IMG/VR virus record: IMGVR_UViG_3300023116_000223
Span: 1-29,783 of that record
Direction: 5' to 3' (one strand)
DNA length: 29,783 nucleotides
Source of the DNA: a virus
Lineage: Duplodnaviria > Caudoviricetes
Part shown: positions 13,864 through 22,906 of the stretch, piece after piece
Position numbering within the stretch: position 1 is the first letter of the stretch
Layout of the letters: each line of letters opens with the position of its first letter
The notes under the pieces: model-generated
The model's database searches: none
What the model saw: the letters and a program-made list of their open reading frames with translations, nothing else
Told to the model about the DNA's origin: nothing
Position numbers and translations under genes: made by a program

Positions 13864-16305
13864 TCAGCGGGCGGTAGCGGGCGAAACACCTTCCCCGCCG
13901 AATGGGTTTTCAGCAAATGCGGCAAATATATAGTGTCCATTAGTTGCGTTGCGATCTAGATAATTGCCGGGCACTCTAATTTTGAACCCATTACTTAAAA
14001 AGTCTATGTCTGGAACCGTATATTCGTTGCCATTGGCATCAAGATAAAACTCTCTAATTGTGCCGTTGTACGGATCCCTTTCTGCGTCACGTACAAACCA
14101 GCTGCCAACCGCATCTGTGCGCTTGAACAGAATGTATGCAGGTCTAAACCCGCAATACACAAACGGACCATCGCTGGATCCATTTCCGGTGTATTTGCCT
14201 ATGCGTGAATAATTTTCGACTTCGGCAAAGCAGTAGGCGATGTAGTTACTGTTTAAGGCGTTGACTTTATCGCTGGTTTTTACGCTAAAAACTGTCGAAG
14301 TTGGAGCTGTATTGTTCCAGAAATCAACCGTAGCGCGGGAAACGTCTCTGTCTAGCTCGCAGGTCAGCGTTTCTGGCGCAGAAGTTTGGTGCATGTAGTA
14401 ATGGTAAACCGGCCAAAAACGACTTAAAGTTCTGTTTTTGACGATAATCATTCCTGGAGCCACGCCTAAGCCATGACCCACTGTTCCTGCAGTACCAGTT
14501 CCTGCCCAAGCAACAATCGAGAACCCAGCGGAGGGGTTGGCGCTTACCGTGCTGGTGATACTGCCAGAGGTGTTGCTTGAGCCGCTGCCGCCTGCTTTCC
14601 AGTTCCAAGCGACAAATGTCTTGTTAGTTTCATTAACAGCGCCAGAACTGCCAAGCGAGAAACCATCGCTATTGAACGATGTCAGACTGGTTGCAACTGT
14701 TGCTTCTACACCTGTGTCGTTGGGATAAATCTCTTTTGTTGCTCCACGAACTGCATCTATTGTCCGGTGGTAATAGTTGTCGTTTCTTGACTTAATCCAA
14801 ACAAGATCAGGCTGCCAACCATTGCCGCTGTTGTCTGCAACCGTAAGACTTCTGGCTGCTGAAGTTCCGCTGTAAGTAATGGTCTGAAAATAATCCGACC
14901 CATCCGCAATGTCCGGCGCGGGCAGGTTGGCGGTGTTCAGTGCGTTGAAGCCGGTCGGTGGGGTGTAGGCAAAGGCGCGTTGTCCGAAGTTGTACCGTAC
15001 GTTTTGGGCAGTATTTGCCGCCGTCGAGGTGAACGGAACATAGGTATAGCTATTTCCTGAATATGATTCAGTGTTGCCTATTGCCGTTCCATTTACATAA
15101 TACTGAACGGTATTATTGTCAGCGTCTACAGCTACCCCGCAAACATCACTTGCATTTCCATACCCTGCGCCCCAAGCGGTAACGCTTTGGTAAGTAACTC
15201 CATTCCAGTCCTTGGTAATTCTGCCCCGTGATTGATAACTAACGTAATCAGAACTATTCCAAGTCCATGGGTAAGCAATAATGCCGGTACTGATAAATGG
15301 ATTTGGACTGCCAGCGGTAAGCTGCTCAACTTCCCAATACCACTTGCCTGATTTAGGAACCGTGAAGTTGGCAACCCAAGCACCATCACCTACATCACGA
15401 TTCATTGCCGCGACGAGATTCCCTTCACTAAGATCAACGCCCATTGAGCTTGCCGGATCGTCACCCCTTTCAAGTGCGTTCCACGTTGGATAGTTCGTCG
15501 TCGGCGTGTCAAACATCACGTCCGTACCAGTGCCGGAGGTAGTGAAGCCAGAAGCGGTGAAGTTATTACCGTTGCCGCTGTGGTCGTGACCGATGCCGTT
15601 GGTGGCACTGGGGTCGAACTTCATATACCAACCATTTGTGCCGTAGCTCAGTCCGCTTACTTCAATGGGACGCCAGACACCGTTATCGTCGTATTCACCA
15701 AAGCTAGTTTCGTCATACGCTGTGCCATCAACATAATGAAATTCTGCTAAATAGAAATTTCCATATTCAGAAGAGCTGCGAGTATTTCGCCCGATCTCAA
15801 CCGGATCTCCTGAGCGGTTTGGCGTTGTATCCTGATTTTGACCCGGCCAATAACCTGTGTTGATAGCATCAGTAATCGTTGAATCACCATTGACCCACAT
15901 TTTTATGCGGTCATTTTGTGTTGCCTGTGTCGTGTCAACTGCAATTACATAATGCGCCCAGGCGCTTGGATCTCTTTGCACGCCGGTAGTGGCACGCAAG
16001 GGTCTTATATAACTTGAAAAAATAAGCTCATCGTTTGTAGCATAACTGCTGCCATTTACAAACCGAATATCATGCCCGCTGGTTTGCTGGCTGTTTGCTT
16101 CACCATCAACACTCCAAATTGTATGGTTACCGCCTAACGCCGCACGTTTTACCCAAAAACTAAACGTGTAAATGTCACGACTGCCAGTGCCAGAGTTGGT
16201 CCGATACAAGTACGAACTCCCATCAAACCGCAAGCTCTGCTCGATCTCATACGCAGGCGCTCCACCACCAGCAAGCAGAAAATTGGCGCTTCCGGGGATA
16301 CCCAT
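13864..16305 (-). CDS. putative receptor-binding protein with LamG/ConA and SPRY lectin-like domains
   Basis: LamG-like (SLRFDG, TFSFWVKR, RDPSAWAHYVIAVDTT), SPRY-like (SGKWYWEV, GVAVDAD, NFGQRAF) and repeated YTGNG/PDLVWIKSR modules. Confidence 0.85.
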   Translation of the reverse strand: MGIPGSANFLLAGGGAPAYEIEQSLRFDGSSYLYRTNSGTGSRDIYTFSFWVKRAALGGNHTIWSVDGEANSQQTSGHDIRFVNGSSYATNDELIFSSYIRPLRATTGVQRDPSAWAHYVIAVDTTQATQNDRIKMWVNGDSTITDAINTGYWPGQNQDTTPNRSGDPVEIGRNTRSSSEYGNFYLAEFHYVDGTAYDETSFGEYDDNGVWRPIEVSGLSYGTNGWYMKFDPSATNGIGHDHSGNGNNFTASGFTTSGTGTDVMFDTPTTNYPTWNALERGDDPASSMGVDLSEGNLVAAMNRDVGDGAWVANFTVPKSGKWYWEVEQLTAGSPNPFISTGIIAYPWTWNSSDYVSYQSRGRITKDWNGVTYQSVTAWGAGYGNASDVCGVAVDADNNTVQYYVNGTAIGNTESYSGNSYTYVPFTSTAANTAQNVRYNFGQRAFAYTPPTGFNALNTANLPAPDIADGSDYFQTITYSGTSAARSLTVADNSGNGWQPDLVWIKSRNDNYYHRTIDAVRGATKEIYPNDTGVEATVATSLTSFNSDGFSLGSSGAVNETNKTFVAWNWKAGGSGSSNTSGSITSTVSANPSAGFSIVAWAGTGTAGTVGHGLGVAPGMIIVKNRTLSRFWPVYHYYMHQTSAPETLTCELDRDVSRATVDFWNNTAPTSTVFSVKTSDKVNALNSNYIAYCFAEVENYSRIGKYTGNGSSDGPFVYCGFRPAYILFKRTDAVGSWFVRDAERDPYNGTIREFYLDANGNEYTVPDIDFLSNGFKIRVPGNYLDRNATNGHYIFAAFAENPFGGEGVSPATAR

Positions 16306-16308
16306 TGA

Positions 16309-17085
16309 TCAGCTGAAGTTGGTGAGCAGTGTTGCGTGGATGCTAGTCGTAGTTCGCACCGCATAAGCCAGTGCATCTACCGCTCCACTCCCAGTTGAAA
16401 TCGTAGGCGGGTTACCACCAGAAAAATCCCAGTAGCTACCAAACGCAAGCGTTCTCGCCGTGCTGTCTTGGGTGATAAAGATCACGCCAGATTGCCCAGC
16501 CGTCAGGTTGCTTGGATTTGCCAGCGTGGTGTTCTCGCTCAGCGTGATGCTGAAATTATTAGCCGCTGCAAAGTCAGGCGTTGCCGTGCCAGAGCTGCTG
16601 CTAAAGCTGGTAATCGTGCCGCGCTGTGCTTTGGTAAAGCTCTGAGTGATCGCAAGCCCTGCCAAGGTTGAAGTGGCATTAGGCAGCGTCAGGGTGCGAT
16701 CCGCCGTGGGATCGGTAACCGCCAGCGTGGTCTCGAAGTCGTTATCGGTTGCGCCTTCAAATACCAGAGAGGCAGCATTGCCAAGCGTGACAGCGCCGGT
16801 AAAGGTGCCGCCAGCCTTCGCCATGTAGGTGCTGCTAGCGCTGCTGGTGGTCAGCAAGCCAAGGTTGGCCGACCCAAGAGCGCCAACGGTTATCCAAGAG
16901 CTATCGCTGGAATCCCTCAGTTTGAGGGTTGCGGTATTGGTATCAGCCCACCACTGATAGGCGTAGGTGGTAGCGGGCTCGGTGCTGCTGCTGTTATTGC
17001 TGACAATCGCGGCCAGGGCATTATTGAGATCACTCCTAACGGCACTGCCCGTGCCATTGGCGATTACATAATCATGAGTCGCCAC
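16309..17085 (-). CDS. tail fibre proximal protein
   Basis: HDYVIANGTGSAVRSDLNNALAAI..YQWWADT N-terminus and FEGATDNDFETTL; directly follows the J-like gene. Confidence 0.85.
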   Translation of the reverse strand: MATHDYVIANGTGSAVRSDLNNALAAIVSNNSSSTEPATTYAYQWWADTNTATLKLRDSSDSSWITVGALGSANLGLLTTSSASSTYMAKAGGTFTGAVTLGNAASLVFEGATDNDFETTLAVTDPTADRTLTLPNATSTLAGLAITQSFTKAQRGTITSFSSSSGTATPDFAAANNFSITLSENTTLANPSNLTAGQSGVIFITQDSTARTLAFGSYWDFSGGNPPTISTGSGAVDALAYAVRTTTSIHATLLTNFS

Positions 17086-17112
17086 AACGTTTCGACCAGA
17101 ATTTCACCCACT

Positions 17113-20100
17113 CTATCCGGCCTTGCCGTAACCAGTTGCCGACCAATTGAAGTTGCGGTCAATAGCAGTGCCGCCGCTATTTTTGAACGTCACCGTAAAA
17201 CCAGTGCCGCTAACGCTGCTCACCTCAAAATAATCACCGCTCTGCATATTCTGAGCAGTAATGCCGACGCTAGGCAAATAGCTGTTGCTGCCAAGCAGTG
17301 ATGCCGTGCCGGTAAAGAAGCCATTTCCAAATGTGATCGCTTTAGCTCCGGCGCCGCTGGCCACCGCACTGGCGCTTTGCTCTGTACGACGGGCAAACTG
17401 CGCTAAATAGCCCAGCTCATCCACAAGGATGTTTTGCGCTGTATCCGTAGAGCTGAGTTCAGTTTTGAACTGGAAAGCCCTGGCCTTAAACGTACCGTTG
17501 GCAAAATCCTGCCAGCTGCTCCAAGTCGGGCTGCCGCTTGGGTCGTCGTCCGTTCTTCGCACGAACAATTTGGCGTTTACCTTGTCCACTACATCACCAT
17601 CCCAGTCATCCCAGCTATCGACGTTTTCATTCCGGCTATCGACAAGATCACCGGGATAAAAACCACGAGTAACAAAACGACGCTCAAGATCCAACGAATA
17701 AACGCTTTCAAGATCAAGCGTGTTTGTGAACTCATAAGTGGCGCTTGATAGCACGTCGCCAAGAACATCAAAAAAGTCAAGCTCATCAACGTCGGTCACA
17801 TCGTCAAAATCCTCATCGCCGTCAATGATCAGCGCGTCGTAGGTTTCGTCATAGAAGCAATCAGTTTTATTTCCTTGGAATGGCGGGGCGTCTTGATCCT
17901 CCCGCCGATCTTCTACCAGCAGCCGGCCAAGCGTGTCAGGCAGATCAATGATCACGCTGGTTTCATTGGTGCTAAGCCTGCCGCCATCATCGGCAAACTT
18001 CACCAGCACTTCGCCTTCAATTAGCGGGATTTTGGCGCTAGTAGAGCTGCCCGCAACTGCCTCAATCAGGTCAACTGAATTGCTCCAACTGGCGCTGCCA
18101 TCAATAAGGCTGCTGTGGCGGATATAAACCTTGCCGCCGTTTTTAACGTCAAGATCGGTCGTCTCATCCCATTTAAGTGTTCCCTCTTTGTCGCTAGTAG
18201 CTTCAAAGCGCAGATTCTGCACATCAGCAGGAACTGCAGTTTTGCCAATAGCAGCAAAGCTCAGGCTGGCAAAATCACTGGACTGCCGGCCCAATGAATT
18301 GATGCTGTAAACCTCAATTGTGTAAGTCGCTGCTCTGGTGTCTAGGATTTCATAATCAGGCTTGGTGACGGTCGCCGTTTCCCAGTTATCGTCGCCGGCC
18401 CTATAGCGCACCTTGTATTGGGGGATGCCTTTAACAGCAGACCAGCTGACAACAATTTTGACTTTGGCTTTATCGTTCTGCGCGTAAAACTTTTCCTCTG
18501 CTTTCGGGCTGGACGGTGGATTAGGTATTGCGTTTAGGTTGCTGATCGTGCGGGATTGCAATGCGTAGCCGCGTTCAACATGGTCATACTTGCTGACGTT
18601 GTATTTAAGGCCGGTGATTTCATAAACGTGGCCATCGGTTTCCCGAACGCTTAAAACTCGATACTGCTGCGTTTGCAGTGAGTCGGTTTGAATAATCCAA
18701 ATGCTGTTTGCATTGGGCTGTGTTGACCAGTTCTCATCAACTGTGATCAATGTGCCGGTACGGCTGATGATGTTTTTGGTTTCAACCGTGCCATCAGGCA
18801 GGATTACGCTTAGCGTGGCATCGTCATCCGGCAGGCCAGTGGCATCATCAACGTTGATAGTTTTGGCCCCAGAAGCAACAATCCGGCCACCAAAGCGAAC
18901 GCCTGCCCTAACTGGATCCTGAACGTCTACAACCGCACCTGGGCGGATAAGTGAGCCCGCATCAATAGAGGTAGCAAAGGTGAGTACCTCGTGCTCTTGC
19001 TGTTCGGTGTAGAGAATCCACTGGCCCAAACGGTTCGCTTGGCCGCGTGAGGTGCAAGCAAACGCTTTGATCTGAGTGGTAACAACGCCGTATTTTTCAA
19101 TGGCGTCACGATCCTCTACAACCTCGTAATTGATCTCGCGGGTTTCAAGATCTAGGTAACCAACAATGGCGACAGTGTGCCGAGTTTTAAGGTCAGAGCC
19201 GGCATAGCTAAAGCCATCCTCAGTGACATTGGCCCGTGTGAATAGATAGCTGGGATCAGTTGGCTTATCCTGCGTAATAGTCAAAGTGCCGGTTGACCAG
19301 TACGGCTGACAGCGCATAACGCTGCACAGGTCATTGATTAGCTTGTATGCCTCGTATTGATTTTGAATCAGAGCATTACAGCTAAACCGAGCCTCTTTTC
19401 CACCAAAGCCATCATCAACAAGTCCATTGCAATACTGGCTGGCAGAATAGAACGCAAATTTATCTAATTGAGCGGCTTCAATATGATCCCCAAAACCGTA
19501 CCTCTTGCTGGTCAAAAGGTCGAATAGCACCCAGGCCGGATCGCTACACCATTGCGCAGCGCCAAAGGTTCCGGTCCAAGTGCCGCTATAAGTGACCCTG
19601 CCAGTATCTTGGTCAACCGTGGCATTGTTAGGCAGCTGAACCTTGATCCCTCGTATGCGATATGAACGCGCAGGGATTGAGTTGAACTGTTCAGCCTGAA
19701 AGCGCAATGCAACCAATGCGCTGTTTGGATAACGGAGCTTTTGATAAATAAGCTCGGTGTAAGCCGTGAAGAATGTTGGGCTAACGTTGGTGTCTGAAGA
19801 ATCGCCAGATTCGCGGACAACGCGAATATCAACAGGGAAAGCGCCGTCTAAATCAATGACATAATCGCGCTCATATTTATCGGCTGTTCTGCCGCTAATT
19901 GTGTCGCGCTTGGCTTCGGTAAAACCGCCGCCGTTGTACTGAACATCAATCCGAATGGTGACGGATGTGCCAAGGATGTCACCTTCATTGGTGCCACGCT
20001 CAAGACGGCTAACGGCCATGCTGATTCGCACGGCGTCAACGTTGGTATCAGTAATCTGCCGGGTTACTGGCGTTGCTTGTTTAACTTCAATGTTTACCGA

Positions 20101-20517
20101 TTGAATGTCTTCAGTCGCGCCAAATTTTGAGATATAGCTTTGCGCGTTGGTGCCGTACCTAGTCTCTACTGTTACGCCTTTGAAGTTGTAGTCTGAATCC
20201 GACAGGTCAGTTACATCAGCGCCGGATCTAAGGATTGGCGTATCAGTTAAATAAACGTCTTTTAGCAGTGCTTTGTTGTAATTGTCAGTGCCCCTGGTGT
20301 AATTTCTTGCAGAAGGGAAACCCTCAATCTCGCCTTCTGAAATAAGGTCCAAAATATTGCCATAGGCCGTAGAGGCCAAGTTGTCAGCCGTTCGCGTTGG
20401 CGTGCGAACTGCAGGCGCAGCAGATTGCTGAACTTGTACCGTTTGCTGGACGACTGTTTGGCCACCGCCACCGCCACCACCAGCGCCAATGATCTGGTTT
20501 TTATCTTTGTCTGCCAT
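17113..20517 (-). CDS. tail tip/host specificity protein (lambda gpJ/TipJ-like)
   Basis: DLISEGEIEG, YPNSALVAL, WCSDPAWVLFDLLTSKRYG, EARFSCN, AFACTSRGQA and FNIII-like segments. Confidence 0.95.
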   Translation of the reverse strand: MADKDKNQIIGAGGGGGGGQTVVQQTVQVQQSAAPAVRTPTRTADNLASTAYGNILDLISEGEIEGFPSARNYTRGTDNYNKALLKDVYLTDTPILRSGADVTDLSDSDYNFKGVTVETRYGTNAQSYISKFGATEDIQSVNIEVKQATPVTRQITDTNVDAVRISMAVSRLERGTNEGDILGTSVTIRIDVQYNGGGFTEAKRDTISGRTADKYERDYVIDLDGAFPVDIRVVRESGDSSDTNVSPTFFTAYTELIYQKLRYPNSALVALRFQAEQFNSIPARSYRIRGIKVQLPNNATVDQDTGRVTYSGTWTGTFGAAQWCSDPAWVLFDLLTSKRYGFGDHIEAAQLDKFAFYSASQYCNGLVDDGFGGKEARFSCNALIQNQYEAYKLINDLCSVMRCQPYWSTGTLTITQDKPTDPSYLFTRANVTEDGFSYAGSDLKTRHTVAIVGYLDLETREINYEVVEDRDAIEKYGVVTTQIKAFACTSRGQANRLGQWILYTEQQEHEVLTFATSIDAGSLIRPGAVVDVQDPVRAGVRFGGRIVASGAKTINVDDATGLPDDDATLSVILPDGTVETKNIISRTGTLITVDENWSTQPNANSIWIIQTDSLQTQQYRVLSVRETDGHVYEITGLKYNVSKYDHVERGYALQSRTISNLNAIPNPPSSPKAEEKFYAQNDKAKVKIVVSWSAVKGIPQYKVRYRAGDDNWETATVTKPDYEILDTRAATYTIEVYSINSLGRQSSDFASLSFAAIGKTAVPADVQNLRFEATSDKEGTLKWDETTDLDVKNGGKVYIRHSSLIDGSASWSNSVDLIEAVAGSSTSAKIPLIEGEVLVKFADDGGRLSTNETSVIIDLPDTLGRLLVEDRREDQDAPPFQGNKTDCFYDETYDALIIDGDEDFDDVTDVDELDFFDVLGDVLSSATYEFTNTLDLESVYSLDLERRFVTRGFYPGDLVDSRNENVDSWDDWDGDVVDKVNAKLFVRRTDDDPSGSPTWSSWQDFANGTFKARAFQFKTELSSTDTAQNILVDELGYLAQFARRTEQSASAVASGAGAKAITFGNGFFTGTASLLGSNSYLPSVGITAQNMQSGDYFEVSSVSGTGFTVTFKNSGGTAIDRNFNWSATGYGKAG

Positions 20518-20519
20518 GA

Positions 20520-21122
20520 TCAGATGTTATCTACGTCGATGCCGGCAGAGATAACAACCGAGCCGACTATGGTTTCACCAAAGATCAGGGGAACGCTGAC
20601 GCCAGCCCTTGAAACGTTTTGAATGCCGCTAAAGCTATAAGACGCTTGCGGATCCATCTCCGTATTTTCAGTGGTCTTATTAGCTGTCGTCGGGTTGAAT
20701 GACACTGGCCCGAATTGCCCCATCTGCGGCGTAGGACTTAGCAGCTGTGCAACACCGCCAAGCACCAAGCTGGCGCCAACAGCACCAACAGCAAACATAG
20801 AAGTAAGGCCAAAGGCTGCAGCAGGCACAAACACCGAAACCGCAATCAATGCAATGCCGGCAATGATTTTGCCTACACCACCGGCACCACCAATCACCGG
20901 GACAATTTGAATACAGCCTGATGCAGGAAAATTGATCTCATCAACGTCGCGCTCAGAGTTATCAACTATGACTTTGTAATGCTGTTCGGTCATGTGCCTT
21001 TCCAGCTTTGGAAAATTAGCCAGCAGCATCCTTATGGCTTCACCAGCGCTAGAAACTTCAGCTAAAAAGCGCCGCTTACCTACAAACTTTGCAAGTGCGC
21101 CGTAGAGCTTAATTTCGCGCAT
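20520..21122 (-). CDS. tail assembly protein (lambda gpI-like)
   Basis: [19 protein letters not shown] and [26 protein letters not shown]. Confidence 0.93.
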   Translation of the reverse strand: MREIKLYGALAKFVGKRRFLAEVSSAGEAIRMLLANFPKLERHMTEQHYKVIVDNSERDVDEINFPASGCIQIVPVIGGAGGVGKIIAGIALIAVSVFVPAAAFGLTSMFAVGAVGASLVLGGVAQLLSPTPQMGQFGPVSFNPTTANKTTENTEMDPQASYSFSGIQNVSRAGVSVPLIFGETIVGSVVISAGIDVDNI

Positions 21123-21816
21123 CGTATCGCAGCACCTTGCCAGTGCATTTTAGGAGCCATTCCCCTAAAAGGTCTCTAGAGCTAAGCCGGCCCCTGAGGT
21201 GATGCAACACCAGCTGATCACCGATATAAACGCCAACATGATTCAACTTGTTTGACTCAATAGCCATTAGCAAGGCGTCGCCCTCTTGCATCTCTTCTAG
21301 CTTCACCTCTCTAAAACCGATCTCCTCCCAGCAGTCATCAAACATCGGCTGGCTGTTGAACTCTTCAGGCGTCGTTGGCCTGTCCCAGTCGCGCAGTTCA
21401 ATCCCCTGCTCGGCGTACCAGTCCCGAACCAAGGTCCAGCAGTCGGTTACACCCCAAACCCATTCACGGCCAATCAACGGCGCTCTGTAGCCCTCTGGCT
21501 TGCATTCACCCCATTGCTCAGTCTTAGGGTTAATGATGTACCAAGGCAACCCAGACTTTTCGCAAGCCACTCGGTCTGCTTGGCTTGGTTGTGGCGGCGT
21601 TACCGGATGGCTATGGATGATTGCTACGACTTCACCTTGATCCTCAGCGGCGGCGTAATCGACTGGATCGAGGATAAAGAGATCACTACCCTCAGCCAGA
21701 TTTTTACATGGCCAATACCGCTCACGGCCTTTGATGATGACCAGCAAACCGCATGATTCACGCGGGTCTTCTGCCTTCGCGTGCTCAAGCGCTTTTGCCT
21801 TGGCCGTTTTCTTCAT
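21109..21816 (-). CDS. tail tip protein (lambda gpK-like; JAB/MPN plus NlpC/P60)
   Basis: [26 protein letters not shown] and NHVGVY..LHHL. Confidence 0.95.
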   Translation of the reverse strand: MKKTAKAKALEHAKAEDPRESCGLLVIIKGRERYWPCKNLAEGSDLFILDPVDYAAAEDQGEVVAIIHSHPVTPPQPSQADRVACEKSGLPWYIINPKTEQWGECKPEGYRAPLIGREWVWGVTDCWTLVRDWYAEQGIELRDWDRPTTPEEFNSQPMFDDCWEEIGFREVKLEEMQEGDALLMAIESNKLNHVGVYIGDQLVLHHLRGRLSSRDLLGEWLLKCTGKVLRYDARN

Positions 21817-22559
21817 CCGTTAAACGCGCCGATGCCAGGGAACCCGCCAAAGGGTAATTCATTTTCTTCCCCAAAACGAACTTGGCAGCTGCTTAGCTTT
21901 TTGCCGCATTTGTCATCGGCGCTATCGGTAACGGCCTTGTCGTTCTCGTCGTAATAATCAGTGCCGCTATAGCCACACTCTGAACCCTTGTAGATCCATG
22001 GGCAAAGGTTGGCGTGGCATTGGCGCTTGGGAGCCCTGATGCCGGCCAAGTCAAATACAGCTGACGCCTCAAATTCGACTAGATCACGGGTCTCAGCAAC
22101 CTTGCGACTGATGTAATAAATCTCAGATGGCATGACACTAGAAGTGTCAGCCGTGCCATAAGGATTGCTTGCCTCGTCAGGAAAATTGGCGTCGTCGATG
22201 TAACGCACCAAAGTGCGAATGCGCGTCAGCTTGGCGCCTGTTAGATCGTTGCCAGCATTGGAAGCATTGACGCTAAGCAAGACGGCTGTAATCGTGCCAA
22301 ACATGTTGGACACACGCACCGTTGGCCTGGGCAGCGTGCCACTGTCGGCTTTGTATTCAAACCCCTCAACCTGAATAGGAAACCGGCTATAGGTGTTCCC
22401 ATCCCAAATGATGTCGCCGTTGCTGTTGAATTGATTGGTGCCGGCATGAAAGCGGTAGGTAAAGTCAACACCATGCAGGGCCGCAGACAGCTCAAGCTCA
22501 AACAGTTCAATAATGCTGCTTGGGTTGACCTTCTGTAGTTCTGAATGCGGGTTAGCCAT
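21813..22559 (-). CDS. minor tail protein (lambda gpL-like)
   Basis: [16 protein letters not shown] and the Cys motif [32 protein letters not shown]. Confidence 0.95.
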   Translation of the reverse strand: MANPHSELQKVNPSSIIELFELELSAALHGVDFTYRFHAGTNQFNSNGDIIWDGNTYSRFPIQVEGFEYKADSGTLPRPTVRVSNMFGTITAVLLSVNASNAGNDLTGAKLTRIRTLVRYIDDANFPDEASNPYGTADTSSVMPSEIYYISRKVAETRDLVEFEASAVFDLAGIRAPKRQCHANLCPWIYKGSECGYSGTDYYDENDKAVTDSADDKCGKKLSSCQVRFGEENELPFGGFPGIGAFNG

Positions 22560-22906
22560 TAGGGCTCAAACACCTCACGGAAGGTAGCCGTAATGGTGGC
22601 CCGATTAACAAATGGGATCCGCTTGGTCCACTGCTCACAAACCCACTTGTAAGAAGTGGTTTCATCTGGCGGCGTCCAATCAAACGATGCCGCATCTTCT
22701 GCCCTGGCATCTAAAAACGTTTCGATCGTGTCAGCGTCAGTCTCTGACACCTCCCAAGTCAAAGACCATTCCTTAGGGTTCATGTGGCCGGGGATGCCAT
22801 ACAGCAAACGCTGTTCGTAACCATCGCCAAACTGAATTTTTTTTACCTTCGGCTGGCTGCTCTTTTGTGCGCCGTAGGTAGGCGTAATCGAAGGGAAAGT
22901 AGCCAT
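22559..22906 (-). CDS. minor tail/distal tail protein (lambda gpM-like)
   Basis: FGDGYEQR, FLDAR..SFDWTPP and ATFREVFEP. Confidence 0.93.
   Translation of the reverse strand: MATFPSITPTYGAQKSSQPKVKKIQFGDGYEQRLLYGIPGHMNPKEWSLTWEVSETDADTIETFLDARAEDAASFDWTPPDETTSYKWVCEQWTKRIPFVNRATITATFREVFEP

Noticed and set aside
10523-17085. Diversity-generating retroelement (Mtd-like N-termini, paralogous C-termini)
   Set aside because: No reverse transcriptase is in the window, and the paralogous segments are not near-identical with adenine-only differences.
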